Origin: Octopus sinensis
Lineage: Eukaryota
Assembly (NCBI RefSeq): GCF_006345805.1
Contig: NC_043007.1
Coordinates: 22,692,001-22,756,000, forward strand
DNA length: 64,000 nucleotides
Direction of reading: 5' to 3'
In this document: in pieces, positions 10,903-24,568 of the stretch
Numbering within the stretch: the first letter of the stretch is position 1
Layout of the letters: the number at the start of each line of letters is the position of its first letter
Notes under the pieces: model-generated
Seen by the model: the letters and a program-made list of their open reading frames with translations, nothing else
The model's database searches: none
Told to the model about the DNA's origin: nothing
Translations under genes and position numbers: made by a program

Positions 10903-12190
10903 CAAATCTGTGAACTACCCTAAAATAATATTAAAAACTGCTAAAATAATAATGACCCTTTCTATTATAGGCACAATGCTTGAAATTTGGAGTGAGGGGG
11001 CAAGTCGATTACATTGACCCCAGTGCTCAACTGGTCCTTATTTTATCGATCCCGAAAGGATGAAAGGCAACCTCGGCAGTAGCAAATGATAATTTATATT
11101 TTTGCCACAAGAACCCGTTCAGGTTGCAAGAGCGTATAAGGTACAATTGAGTTATTATATACAAACGAGGAGAGGTACAGAGATGTTATATAAAATATCA
11201 AAACATGAAAAATATTTTAAATTACATAAATTAATTAGATGATTATATAAATCTTATATAGTAAAATAGAAAATATACAACCTTCTGAGTCAGACCATGG
11301 GCCCCTGCAACTCTAAAATCCCCGAGGAAAGAATTAACCGCTCTTTATTCTGCATTCAATTCTGTTCAGGCCTATTCTTCTTTTGGGGATCTTGTCTTCT
11401 CATTTTTGTTTCCACTGTCCCCAACAAGCTTCCATCCCTGTTCAATTTTCAACCCCTCCTCACCGTCACAAGACAATAAATGGTGATAATTGTTATAGCC
11501 AAGAGAGAAGGTTCTTGAAACTGAGGATGAAGCGACCTCTTTCACCGTTACCGGATCTGTGATGAATGATGCCCAAACAACAGCAGCTCTGAGGTCTGAT
11601 GATGTTAAAGCAATTTCTGCTGCTCACTTCTTAGAGTTTTGATCCCACCAGTTAAAAAGCCCTCAGCGGGCAGTTACTGTCACACGTATACCAACTGGAT
11701 TTTTTCAGTCCTGCATGATCAGTATCGTTTTGCCATCTGCACTCACTACAGAGCACAGCTTCAGAAGGAATAATCATTAGGAATTATATATCCAAAGACC
11801 CCCACTCGACAACAAATTGTCCTTGGCTACTTTACCATCTGTTCCTACTGTACTACAAATGGCAATGGGACAAGGGTCAGCGAGTTAATATTATCTACCT
11901 AACTTGTGTCCCGTCGCTCCAAATATTGGGGGTATGCATCTCTGGCTAGGTGTGTAACATATCTTTGGCTTGCTTTTTCATTTCACTCATAGTTCTGAAT
12001 ACAGTGTAAGCGGTTTTGTACTTTCTACCTGGCTGAAAGAAGAAATATTCTACATATCGGTAAGAGCCGCTTGCAATTACTCATTCGTAGGCACAAAGAA
12101 AGCCCACAAAGCCCATTGTGGCTTCTGAGATTCAGAGATACATTATGCCCTTTCTCTGTTCCGTAAAGGACTGAGATATGGCTGCACTTT

Positions 12191-12405
12191 ATGAAGGGGT
12201 GCTGAAAAATTCCTGGCTTTAAGGGTATTACGAAAGGCCTGGTTGAAGGCTCAACCTTCCGAGTTCTTTTACAGGGCTTAGAAAAACTGAAGGACCATTG
12301 CAATAAGTGTGTGAAACTGAGAGGGAGTATGTTCAATAAAATCATAACTGATCCTCCTGTATTTTCTTTTACCCAAAGCCAGGAACTTTTAAGCAGCTCC
12401 TTGTA
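12191..12405 (+). mobile_element. Mariner-derived MITE
   Basis: TIRs gaggggtgctgaaaa(a/g)ttcctggcttt; retains a transposase C-terminal remnant (GLEKLKDHCNKCVKLRGEYV); TA flanks. Confidence 0.75.
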
Positions 12406-12620
12406 TTTTGTCACATAGCCTTGCAAGACTAATTTTATTTCCGCCAGACCAGCTATCTAGAGCTTGTTTATTCGACATTACTCCAGCGAACAACGTACGG
12501 CTGTGGCTGTTTTTGCTAACCCTCAATTCAAACTTTCCATTCATTTCTTCACAAAACGAGTGTGTATTATTAATGCTATTGTGGTTATCGTTATTTTTGT
12601 CGTTTAAATTGTTTGAACAG

Positions 12621-12995
12621 GCACAGGAGTGGCTGTGTGGTAAGAAGTTTGCTTCCCAGCCACAAGGTTCTGGGTTCAGTCCCACTGCGCGGTACCTTGG
12701 GCAAGTGTCTTCTATTATAGCCCAGGGCTGACCAAAGCCTTCTAAGTGGATTTGGTAGGTGGAAACTGAAAGAAGCTCGTCGTGTGTGTGTTTATCTTTG
12801 TGTCTGTGTTAGTCTCTCATCACTGCTTGACAACCTGTATTGGTGTGCTTACGACGCTGAAACATAGCGGTTCAGCAAAAGAACCGATAAAATAAGCACT
12901 AGGCTTCCAGAATTAAAAAAATAAGATTCATTCGGCTAAAACCCTTCAAGGCAGTACCCCAGTATGGCCACAGTCTAATGGCTTAAGCCAAAGAT
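12621..12995 (+). mobile_element. tRNA-derived CORE-like SINE family A
   Basis: caggagtggctgtgtggtaag head, accttgggcaagtg CORE-like segment, internal (TG)n. Confidence 0.8.
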
Positions 12996-13529
12996 AATGT
13001 CATTTCCAGTTACATTATTCTTGTGAACAAAGTATTTTTGGCTGGGAAACTGAATCGCCTTTTTTTTTCCTTCCATAAAAATGTGTTTATTTGTGCTTAA
13101 GACTTTAGTGGGTGAGGTGGGAAAGAGAGAGGGGCAGGCACAGGACCAGAAATTTGACGGAGAGGTTTGTGGATTAAATCGACCCCCAACACTACATGCT
13201 TTGTGCTTATTTCATCCACTTTGGAAGGATAGAGGGCAAAGTTGACCTCAGTCGGATTTGAACCCAAAATGGTAACTACATAACTGCAGGGTATTTTAGT
13301 CCAGCATCATACCAATTCTACCAATCCAGAATAAGGAATAATGATGGTGATGATGATACAGACGCAAAACAGAAGGGGTATCTTTGCTCTATTGAACCTG
13401 ATGTCAGTATGTGTGGAATACTTCCACTCCTTCCTCATAGCATTCTTCATATCCTGCCTAAGTAACTCACATCTCTGATCAACTTCCTCCTGAAGGAATG
13501 AAATATTGTGTGTGAGTGAGTGAGTGAAT

Positions 13530-13712
13530 GAGTGGTTTATATATACATATATACGACGGGCTTCTTTCAGTTTCCGTCTACCAAATCCAGTCACAAGGCT
13601 TTGATCGGCCTGAGGCTATAGTAGAAGACACTTGCCCAACATGCCACACAGTGGGACTGAACCCGGAAACATGTGGTTGGTTAGCAAGCTACTTACCACA
13701 CAGCCACTCCTG
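13530..13712 (-). mobile_element. SINE family A 5' half
   Basis: Reverse-complement match to the family A head. Confidence 0.8.
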
Positions 13713-14084
13713 CGCCTTGTTTCCATAAGTTTTGAATTAAAATCTTCCACCAAACCTTAGTCACAATTTATGTTCCTAACACTAGCTTAATGATAACTAA
13801 GTTATTTTATTAAATTCTTTGTTATATTTAAAGTAATTGAAAGAAACACAAAGCATCTCAACAGAAATATAGGAACAAAGGGGTTAATATTTTCCCTCAG
13901 GCAGACAGATGGACATTAGGTGACAGGTAGACAGAGAAATAGGTCTGACAGTAAGAGACAGACACAGACAGGCAATAAGAGACTGGCATATAGACCGAGA
14001 GACAAGTAGATAATAAATGACTGACAATAAGAAACAGATAGACAGACAGTAAGAGACTTAGAGACAACCAATTGTTGTTGTTGT

Positions 14085-14660
14085 TGTGACCCTCTTCGGT
14101 CACGAATGACCATGGGATTGCACCTAGAAAGTTACCCTCCGAGGCACAAGTCTGGGCAAGGTTGTTTATGGAAGACCAGCAGTCACTCACACATACCAGC
14201 CTCCCCTTTTCATGCCACTGATGTTATCCAAGGGAAACGCAAGGGCCGATACAGCTTGGCATCAGTGACGTCGCAGCTCATTTATTAATGTGCAAGTGGC
14301 TGAGTACTCCACAGACATGTGTACCCTTAACGTAGTTCTCGGGGAGATTCAGCGTGACAGAGTGTGACACGGCTGGCCCTTTGAAATACAAGTACAACAG
14401 AAACAGGAAGAAAGAGTGAGAGAAAGTTGTGGTGAAAGAGTACAGCAGGGTTCATCACCACCCCCAGACATGTGTACCCTTAACGAAGTTCTCAGCGAGA
14501 TTCGGTGTGACAGAGTGTGACAAGGCTGGCCCCTTTGAAATACAGGTACAACAGAAACAGGAAGAAAGAGTGAGAGAAAGTTGTGGTGAAAGAGTACAGC
14601 AGGGTTCACCACCACTCCTTGCCGCGTGGAGCTTTAGGTGTTTTTGCTCAAACACTCACA
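14085..14660 (-). mobile_element. SINE family C 3' part followed by tandemly duplicated SINE family B fragments
   Basis: acatgtgtacccttaacg...gggttcaccacc occurs twice (about 14315-14460 and 14467-14615). Confidence 0.75.
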
Positions 14661-15279
14661 ATGCTAGAGACAACCAATAACAGCTAGGTAAATAGAAAAT
14701 AAGAGACACAGAGATCAGGATGAGACAAGGTTGACAGACAATGACAGCCAGTCAGCCAACTAGGAGAGACAAAGACAAGAAAAAAAGGTAAAAAAAGAGA
14801 GACTGACAAGTATGATAGACACACAAACACTGCATATATAAGCATAAATATTGAATGTAAATCTTGCTGGGAAATGATACTAAGATGCCACACCTTGTAC
14901 TGAGAAAACTGTAAGAGAAATCAAGACAAGATAAGGAAATATTTATTTGCCAAAAATCATAAACGAGCATTTGAGAATACCCTCATATGCAAAATTATAT
15001 CAAGATAAGAAAATGAAGAGAAGAGAAGAAGAGCATCTTGGAAAGAAAGGCCAGAGACTGGATTTTGTAGGTGTTGACACAGATAAGGTATTTGATGATT
15101 GCAGACATATACACACGTTTATATATATTCATATATACACACACATAAAGAAATATGCATAGAGACACACTGAGGCACATGGAGCAATGCACATGTACGC
15201 AAATATACCCACATATTTACTGATACATGTACATTAGAACTCCCATCACTGTTACGGCTAATCTAAAATGATTCTGAGA

Positions 15280-15398
15280 TTAATAATAATAATAATATAA
15301 TAATAATAATAATAATAATAATAAGAAGAAGAATGATAATAATAATAATAATGATAATAATAATAAGAAGAAGAAGAAGGAGGAGGAGAAGAAGAATG

Positions 15399-15430
<32 letters not shown>
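15280..15430. repeat. (TAA)n/(GAA)n compound microsatellite
   Basis: Direct reading. Confidence 0.95.
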
Positions 15431-15794
15431 CTATGTAATATATGTGTCTGTATAAATACACACACACACACACACATACACACAAACATACTTATATGAA
15501 CTGGAATGGCAGTAGATTATATCTGACTCACATTAAGCTAAGATTTCATTAAAGTGTTCACACATTATTACAATGGAGTTTCTCAAGAGAATTACATGGA
15601 AAATGAATAACTTGTATTGCCAGAAACAGGAGGAAATCATTATCAAAAGTACTTCGTTTGTATTTGTCAATATGCAGTGTAGTACATGGCTTGACTGTTT
15701 CATAACCAGAGATGACTGCAGACAATATAATCGTTTAATATATTTATATTGGCCTCTCTCTCTCTCTCTCTCTGTGTGTGTATATATGTATGGG

Positions 15795-16168
15795 AAGCAC
15801 TCCGTCGGTTACGACGACAAGGGTTCCGGTTGATCCGAATCAACAGAACAGCCTGCTCGTGAAATTAACGTGTAAGTGGCTGAGCACTCCACAGACACGT
15901 GTACCCTTAACGTAGTTCTCGGGGATATTCAGCGTGACACAGAGAGTGAAAAGGCCGGCCCTTTGAAATACGGAAACAGGAAGTAAGAGTGAGAGAAAGT
16001 TGTGGTGAAAGAGTACAGCAGGGATCACCACCATCCCCTGCTGGAGCCCCGTGGAGCTTTAGGTGCTTATGCTCAATAAACACTCACAACGCCCGGTCTG
16101 GGAATCGAAACCACGATCCTATAACCGCGAGTCCGCTGCCCTAACCACTGGGCCATTACACCTCCACT
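15795..16168 (-). mobile_element. SINE family B, full length
   Basis: Reverse complement of 9273-9655. Confidence 0.85.
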
Positions 16169-16311
16169 GTATAAATGTACACACATACACACACTCTAAG
16201 TAGCCAAGAAATAAACAGGAACATCAGATGAGAGCTAAAGGAAGATTACCAAAAAACACACCATCAGAAGGAACCAGCCTTTGCATTTTACTCAGATAAA
16301 TTTGGTATAGG

Positions 16312-16474
16312 TGTAGGAGTGGCTGTGTGGTAAGTAGCTTGCTTACGAACCACATGGTTCCGGGTTCAGTCCCACTATGTGGCACCTTGGGCAAGTGTCT
16401 TCTATTATAGCCTCGGGCCGACCAAAGCCTTGTGAGTGGATTTGGTAGACAGAAACTGAAAGAAGCCTGTCGTA

Positions 16475-16516
<42 letters not shown>

Positions 16517-16740
16517 TGTGTGTGTATATGTTTGCATGTCTGTGTTTGTCTCCCCAACATCACTTGACATCTGATGCTGGTGTGTTTAAGTCCCTGTAAC
16601 TAAGCAGTTTGGCAAAAGAGACCAATAGAATAAGTACTAGGCTTACAAAGAATAAGTCCTGGTGTCAATTTGCTTGACTAAAGGCGGTGCTCCAGCATAG
16701 CCACAGTCAAATGACTGAAACAAGTAAAAGAATAAAGAGT
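16312..16740 (+). mobile_element. SINE family A, full length
   Basis: Head, internal (TA)n(TG)n and (gtaaaaga)n-type tail. Confidence 0.85.
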
Positions 16741-17154
16741 ATATTCTATCCCTCCTCTCACTATATATATATATAATATATATATATATACGATGCAGTC
16801 ATGGTTATTTGGTTTAAAACTTTACTTCTCAAACACATGGTTTGGGGGTCAGTCTCACTTGGACAATTATCTTCTACTATAGCTCCAGGGCAATCAATGC
16901 TTTGTGGGTAAATTTGGTAAAACGAAACTGTGTGGAAGCACATCTTGTATATACACACATACACAAACACACACATGCATGCACACACACACACATGTGC
17001 TATAAGGATGAGGTAAACAACACTGAACACAAGTGTTGGTAGCATACTGTACGTATGCAGGTACCAAATCCAATTTAAACCATCGATCTGACTCTGGGGT
17101 GGGTCCTTGGCATGGTGTGGACATAAAATATAAACACAAATGGCATTTATATAT

Positions 17155-17310
17155 CTATTATATAAAATCTGTTCTGTCTGTCTGTGTGTCTTCTAGGATC
17201 TCGGGCATCCTCCACCCGATTGCGCTCAAATTTGATATGTAGATACCAATGATATCAGAGTGTGTATAAGTCTTGAAAAAATTACAAAAATCGATTCCAG
17301 GTGAGAATGC
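17155..17310 (+). mobile_element. Helitron-like non-autonomous 5' fragment (second family)
   Basis: TCTATTATATAAAA start then (ctgt)n, typical of non-autonomous Helitron 5' ends. Confidence 0.5.
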
Positions 17311-17779
17311 GATCAATAAAGCTGTTTTTGTCCTGCTTTTCTTCTGTCAACCTGTACATAACTGCACCTTCCATTTTTTGTTTTTTTGTACTGCTTAAAG
17401 ACGTTTCTTTCCTGCCAAGCTTACTGTTTAAACCATGTTTGTGTTCTCCCAGTCAACAGCCTTATCATTACTGGTACTTTAAACTCTTCGGTTGCATATT
17501 TGTGTGAATAAAATCGTTTTTCTTTGGAATAGAAAAAAAAAGTCATCTTTATTTCTTCTTTTGCTGGTGTTTCAAATTTAGGTTAAATCAGTGTTTCTCA
17601 AAGGGGAGGCCTATGGGATGGTCAGACAAGTTGTTTTGAGAAAATCTGGCTTAAATGTTTGACAACTTAGCACTGTCCATTGGATGGGGGCATTTTGCTC
17701 GTACATATATATATATATATATTACGGAGATGTACTTGCAATAGCAAGTGATTTGATCTGAGATTGTGTACTGAAACGA

Positions 17780-17886
17780 AAACAATTGCAGCGTGGAAGG
17801 TGTTTGTAAGCCATTTAAGAAACACTCGAACGGCTTTTGTGTGTTTTTTAAATGGCTTACAAACACCTTCCACGCTGCAATTGTTT
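17780..17886. repeat. Near-perfect inverted repeat, 46-bp arms with a 15-nt loop
   Basis: Arms 17780-17825 and 17841-17886 with one G-T pair. Confidence 0.9.
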
Positions 17887-18424
17887 ATATATATATATAT
17901 ATATAGTATTATTAATAATAAAGAGTATGGAAACTTGTACATTCAAAAAATTTATTCTATGATTTTTATAAAGCATATTATAATGACCTACACACGTTTC
18001 CGCTGCTGTGACTACTCACTCTTGCAAATGCAACCTTGCATTATTGTCAGTGCAGCTTCATCAAGGTCCATCCAATGTCATCCTTGAAGTGAACCGATTG
18101 AAGTAAGTTTCTGTTAGTGTTCTGTGGCAGGTGGGACAGGGGGTGTTATTTACAGGCAAGTGCTGGTGACCTCAAATTCACACCAGTCAATTTCAAAGTT
18201 AGGGCTGGGTCTAAAGTAGGTCAAGGTTGAGATTATTGTTTTCACAAGGTTCTTTGTTCATTTTAATGGTTGTGAATGCTTTATTTTTGATTTTGAATGT
18301 AGTGCTTGTAGTGAAGAGTTCATATTTGCTTATATATATTAATCTTTTTAGGTTGAGCTGCTCACAATTGGCATTATACATTGGGCAGGATATTTGTTTT
18401 TTTATATTGATGAGGGTTACTCTT

Positions 18425-18810
18425 TACCTCTTTCACTTGTTTCAGTCAATTGACTGTGGCCATGCTAGAGCACCGCCTTTAGTCGAGCAAATTGACCCCA
18501 GGACTTATTCTTTGTAAGCCTAGTACTTATTCTATTGGCCTTTTATGCCGAACCGTTAAGTTACGGGGACATAAATGCATCAGCATCGGTTGTCAAGCAA
18601 TGTTGAGGAGACAAACACAGACACACAAACATATATATATATATACGACGGGCTTCTTTCAGTTTCTGACTACCAAATCCACTCACAAGGCTTTGGTTGG
18701 CCTGAGGCTATAGTAGAAGACACTTTCCCAAGGTGCCACGCAGTGGGACTGAACCCAGAACCATGTGGTCGGTAGGCAAGCTACTACCACACAGCCACTT
18801 CTACGCCTAT
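18425..18810 (-). mobile_element. SINE family A, full length
   Basis: Reverse-complement match. Confidence 0.85.
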
Positions 18811-19087
18811 ATCATTATGTTTTTATATGTTTAGGTTATGTTATTCCATGTGTTATATCAAGCTCAATTGTTGTTGGGGCGTTGGCTATCTAGAATTATA
18901 TTTATATCTTTTAAAAGTCCTACCATGTTTGTGTAAACATCTGAAGGCTTGTTTGCGTCTTGTATTAATTGTGTGTTTTGATGTAAATGTTTGGTATAGT
19001 TCCTCTACACACACAAGTTGCATCTATTTCTCCCTACTTGATAAGGCTTAGCTGTACTAATTCCCATTCAATATATATATATAAATA

Positions 19088-20200
19088 TCATCATCATCAT
19101 CATCCTTTAACGTCCGTTTTCCATGCTAGCATGGGTTGGACGGTTTTGACTGAGGGCTGGCAACCAGATGGCTGCACCAGGCTCCAGTCTTGATCTGGCA
19201 GAGTTTCTACAGTTGGATGCCCTTCCTAACGCCAACCACTCTGAGAGTGTAGTGGGTGCTTTTTACGTGCCACCTGCACGGGGGATATATATATATAGGC
19301 TCAGGTGCGGTTATGGGGATAAAAAGTTTACTTCTCAACCATATGGTTTTGAGTTCAGTCCTACTGCACAATACCTTGTGTAACTGTCTTCTACTATGGC
19401 TCTGGGCCAACTGAAGCCTTGTGAATGAATTTGGTAGATGGACACTGAAAGGAGCCAATTGTGTGTGTGTGTGCGCCCGTTTGTGTGCATTCATGTGTGG
19501 ATGCTCGTGTGTGTTTGTATGTCTCCTTTTCTTGGCATCATGCGAAAGTTGTAAAAGAGTGTCATTGTTATGCAAGCAGTGTTGCTCACTTCCAATTTTC
19601 TGACAAGCACCCACTACACTCTTGGAGTGGTTGGTGCTAGGAAGGGCATCCAGCTGTAGAAACACTGCCAGATCAGATTGGAGCCTGGTGCAGCCTTCTG
19701 GCTTCCCAGACCCCGGTCAAACCATCCAACCCATGCCAGCATGGAAAACGGACGTTAAAAGATGATGATGATGATGATGATTATATATATATAAATTGAG
19801 GATAAATGATTATATTGGTGGCTAGCATATAAAAACGACCATATCAGTAAAATTAATTTTTAAGTATTTAATTCTAAAAATATAATTATAATTAAGGGTG
19901 TTGGAGGTCAAACGCGAGTAAGCTAGATGTTGATGTTGAATGCATACAAACTGCTCTAAATTTGTTCTTTTTTTAAAACAAGGCTGAATGCGAGGGAATG
20001 GACAAGAAGATTTTATATCATCATTATCATCGTTTAGTGTCCGCTTTCCATGCTAGCATGGGTTGGACGGTTCAACTGGGGTCTGGGAAGCCAGAAGGCT
20101 GCACCAGGCCCAGTTTCATCTGGCAATGTTTCTAAGGCTGGATGCCCTTCCTAATGCCAACCACTCCGTGAGTGTAGTGGGTGCTTTTTATGTGCCAGAC
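19088..20200. mobile_element. Cluster of RTE-clade LINE 3' ends with (GAT)n tails (19088-19272 minus, 19600-19780 plus, 20020-20200 minus) plus a SINE A head
   Basis: ggttggcgttaggaagggcatccagctgtagaaac...ggacgttaaacgatgatgat, characteristic of RTE/Expander-type 3' UTRs. Confidence 0.75.
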
Positions 20201-20436
20201 GAGGCTGGCAAATGGCCACGATCAGATATATATATATCCGAAATTACTATGATGATCCGGTTCTTGACTGAAGACTGAGGGCTTCGAATGTCCTGTCTGT
20301 GTTTGTTGTATCGTCTTCTAAGTGTTATGCGTTCTTGTCACAGTTTGTATTTTTTTACATATCATAATATATATATATATATATATCACACATATATACA
20401 CATATATATACAAACACACACACACACACACACATA

Positions 20437-20652
20437 TATGAGGGAAAAGTTCCCTGGCTTTGAGTAAAAGAAAATACAAGAGGACCAGTTACTTATAATT
20501 TTATCCAACATATTCTCTTCTCAGATTCACACACTTACTGCAGTGGTCCTTCATTTTTCCTAAGCCCTATAAAAGATCTTGGAAGGTTAGGGGCTTCCAA
20601 CCAAGCCTTTCGCAATTCCCTTAAAGCTAGGAACTTTACAACACCCCCTTGT
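20437..20652 (-). mobile_element. Mariner-derived MITE
   Basis: Inverted homolog of 12191-12405. Confidence 0.7.
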
Positions 20653-21384
20653 ATATATACACATATATAGATATATACACACACAGATTGTAGTACTATT
20701 TATTTAGTACTGCTGTTGGTAATGACAGAAAAAAATCAAATATCTAAATAGTTCCAAAGTCTGGAATAGGTTCAAAATAGGCCAGTTCGTACTTAGCTCT
20801 GATTTGACTACGTGTAATTAAAAGGTAACAAGAGATAAATATCTCATTGCTACAACAACTTCAATAGGAGTTCCAACAGTCATTGCTCACTCCTACAAAC
20901 TTTGCCACTTACACTTTTGAATAAAAAAAAAAGTAAATATATAAATAAAGAAAAAAGAATCAGCTGAGGTGCATGGCATTCATGAATAGAGAGTTCAACT
21001 CAACAAAGACTATAATGAACTTGGGGAAAAACTGTGTCCCACTAACAACTGGACACAGCTTTGCAAACAGTAATTGTTTCCTTGAATAAGGCAGTGAGCT
21101 GGCAGAAACGTTAGCACGCCGGGCAAAATGCTGAAATAAACTGTAGAAATAAACTGCGTTTGATTCGATTAATTTTGAAAATAAAGAATTTGATCAAGTA
21201 GATTTCTTATTATTAAGCAAACATATGGAACATAAATTAACATAAATTAACATTAAGTTTTGAAGGAAGGGTTTAATTTATATCACTTTAAAACAAGGCA
21301 TTTATATCATAAAACCAAGAGGGCCCTCAGACAGGTTGGCTTTAAAAAGGTCAACACAATCAGCCAATAGATTATGTCTGAAAA

Positions 21385-21658
21385 GGCAGCGAGCTGGCAG
21401 AGATGTTAGCACGCCGGGCGAAATGTGTAGCCGTATTTCGTCTGCCGTTACGTTCTGAGTTCAAATTCCGCCAAGGTCGACTTTGCCTTTCATCCTTTCA
21501 GGGTCGATAAATTAAGTACCAGTTACGCACTGGGGTTGATATAATCGACCCAATCCGTGTGTCTGTCTTTGTTTGTCCTCTCTGTGTTTAGCTCCTTGTG
21601 GGTAGTAAAGAAATAGGTATTTCGTCAGTCTTTATGTTCTGAGTTCAAATTCCGCCAA
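21385..21658 (+). mobile_element. SINE family D with a head-to-tail restart
   Basis: aaggcagcgagctggcag head; the tail aaagaaata is followed by ggtatttcgtc, an internal restart. Confidence 0.8.
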
Positions 21659-22340
21659 ATCTGGATGGTTTGAATATACAATGGGCAGAATATTTGGGGC
21701 CAGATCAGGTATGCTTGAAAATAAAACAAATAGAATATTTGGGCCAGATCTGGTTTGGTTTCAACATAAAACAGGTAGCATATTTGAACCAGATCCAGCT
21801 GGTGTAGGGTCAAGGAAGATTTAGCTGCTATTTTTAGCAGATAAAGTAACTGTGTAAATGCTCAGTCAATGACACATAAAAGGATGTGGTTAGTCCATTT
21901 TGGCATCCTTGAAAACACTGCATAAAACTGGATTGTTTTCTACTTGTACAGAACAATAGTATTCAGGAAGTTATGGCAATTGCCTTGCTTAAGGCCGTAA
22001 AACAATATCTAAAAGAGGATGTTGAAACTTTACATAGATACTAATAGTTTGAAAACTTATCAATATATCTCATTCAGGAATATCTGATGGCAATAGTTGT
22101 TTTGTTTTCTTTTTTGCTTTGGATTTTTTTCATTTTTTTTTTTTTCCTTGTATGCCGGAAATCCTCCATAATGCAATCGCTAGCAGGCACGAGTATGTAG
22201 CTAAGAAGCTGGCTTTGCAGTCATGTGGTTTCACATTCGGTCCCACTGCACGGCACCTTGGACCTTCCACTACAGCCCTGCATTGACTAGTGCCTTAGGA
22301 GTGAGTATGGTGGACAGAAACTGAGTTGAAGTATCTCTCT

Positions 22341-22372
<32 letters not shown>

Positions 22373-22374
22373 CA

Positions 22375-22523
22375 CTCTTTCAGTCATTTGACTGCGGCCA
22401 TGCTGGAGCACTGCCTTTAGTCAAGCAAATCGACTCCAGGACTTATTCTTTGTAAGCCTAGTACTTAAACACACCAGCATCAGTTGTCAAGCGATGTTGG
22501 GGGGACAAACACAGACACATGCA

Positions 22524-22556
<33 letters not shown>

Positions 22557-22819
22557 ACGGGAAGCTTTATGAAAATAGACAAAAGACGAAGGCAGGTGGA
22601 AAACAAACAAACAATTGTATTAGTATGGCGCTCAGGAAATATAAATAAAACAAGTATACGACGGGCTTCTTTCAGTTTTCGTCTACTAAATCCACTCACA
22701 AGGCTTTGGTCGGCCCGAGGCTATAGTAGAAGACACTTGCCCAAGGTGCTACACAGTGGGACTGAACTCAGAACCACGTGGTTGGTAAGCAAGCTACTTA
22801 CCACACAGCCACTCCTATG

Positions 22820-22820
<1 letters not shown>
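22375..22820 (-). mobile_element. SINE family A carrying a 99-bp insert (22557-22655) shared with 60181-60278
   Basis: acgggaagctttatgaaaata...aaaacaagt is present in both copies inside the internal (TA)n. Confidence 0.8.
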
Positions 22821-22900
<80 letters not shown>

Positions 22901-23124
22901 TGTTTTTGAAAAGCAGTCCCAAATTTTACAATTCTGTAAATAATATTATTTTATAAGTTTAAAGCTTGTAAGTGATCACCATGTAATGCCTAAAGAAATT
23001 AGTCTAATATTGGGGCTTCCACAGAGGGTCCCAATATTATTTTCTTTAGTCTTGGTGAACACTTATAACCTTTAAGCTTATAAAATATTATTTACAGAAT
23101 AAATATATATATATATATATATAT

Positions 23125-23610
23125 ATCACCGTGATCACCATGACTGACCAGGCTATCAGATGTTGTTACACATCGCTGGTCACAATGCGCGTCGCATTGT
23201 TTTAGCCTTCAAATGATACCACCCCGCTGGCTAAGCGAGCAGGCCAGCAGAAGACAGAGTGAGAGAAAGTTGTGGCGAAAGAGTACAGCAGGGATCACCA
23301 ACACCCCCTGCTGGAGCCTCGTGGAACTTTGGGTGTTTTCGCTCAATAAACACTCACAACGCCCGGTCTGGGAATCGAAACCACGAAACTACGACCACGA
23401 GTCCGCTGCCCTAACCACTGGGCCATTGCGCCTCCAATATATATATATATATACACACACACCTATTGGCATTAGGAAGGGCATCCAGCTGTAGAAACTC
23501 TGCCAGATCAGATTGGAGCCTGGTGCAGCCATCTGGTTCGCCAGTCCTCAGTCAAATCATCCAACCCATGCTAGCATGGAAAACAGACGTTAAACGATGA
23601 TGATGATATA
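23125..23610. mobile_element. SINE family B variant (minus) and RTE 3' end (plus)
   Basis: Family B head with a (cacggtgat)-type tail, then an RTE tail with (GAT)n. Confidence 0.75.
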
Positions 23611-24002
23611 TATAGTTACAGTGGATAATTTTCAAAAATTTAAAGAGAACTTCATCAAAGAGGTCTTTGTACATTATTCAAGATATGGAAGGGTTACTTG
23701 AGTTGCATTCATATGGATGCTAACTGTACTCAAAAAGAATACCCAAGAATTGTATCCAACTTCTAGTTTTGGCTGCATCAGTAGTTCATCAGATCCTTCA
23801 TTCTGGTATTTATCCTGATGGATTGTTGAGAAAGATATAGAAAGATGAAGAGAGAGTATTTGGGGAGAGAGTGACTGAAGGCAAAAAGATAGAAGTTGAA
23901 GGATGACAGAGAGAGAAAGGGAAAGAGTGTAACTGAAGACAGAGACAAAGAGATGGTAATTAGAGAGAGAGAGAGCGATTGAAGTCAGAATGGGAAAGCA
24001 GG

Positions 24003-24035
<33 letters not shown>

Positions 24036-24568
24036 CTACTTTTGATGTAATTTTTTTAGTTCAACATTAAGTGCAATAATTATGTCTAATAAATTTAATT
24101 AGTAATCTAATATAGGTGTGTGTGTGTTAGAGAGAAAGAGGGATGGAGAGTGGGGTGAGAGAGATACTGGACAAAGTGTGACTGATATAATGAAATCCAA
24201 GAGAGGGAAGAGCAAAAAAAAAAAAAAGAAACGATAGTTGGTAACATAATTAATTAAAAATGTTGGAATTTCTGAGTCACTATCAGTATTCAGAGTAAAG
24301 CGAGGGATTTAGTTACTAAATCAGTGAACAAGGAAGTGCGAAGACTTAAGGGAGCTTTGATTTATCAAGCTGGTAATACTGAGGATGATAAAATAGGTCT
24401 GATGGGAATTCAATACAGATTATGAAGCAGATTGGGATGTCTAATGATATTTAGCAATGACCTGTTCCATATTCTGAGGTCAGATTTGCTATCCGTTCCT
24501 CTGGGGTTGATAACAAAAAAAGGTACCAGTCAAGTTTATATTCTTCTGGGATGCAAAATGAAATTATA

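Noticed and set aside
13370-13492. Minus-strand acceptor followed by EEVDQRCELLRQDMKNAMRKEWKY as possible phosphatase exon 2
   Set aside because: No KNRYKD or other PTP motif; the only good donor gives a 19-nt frame-shifting exon.
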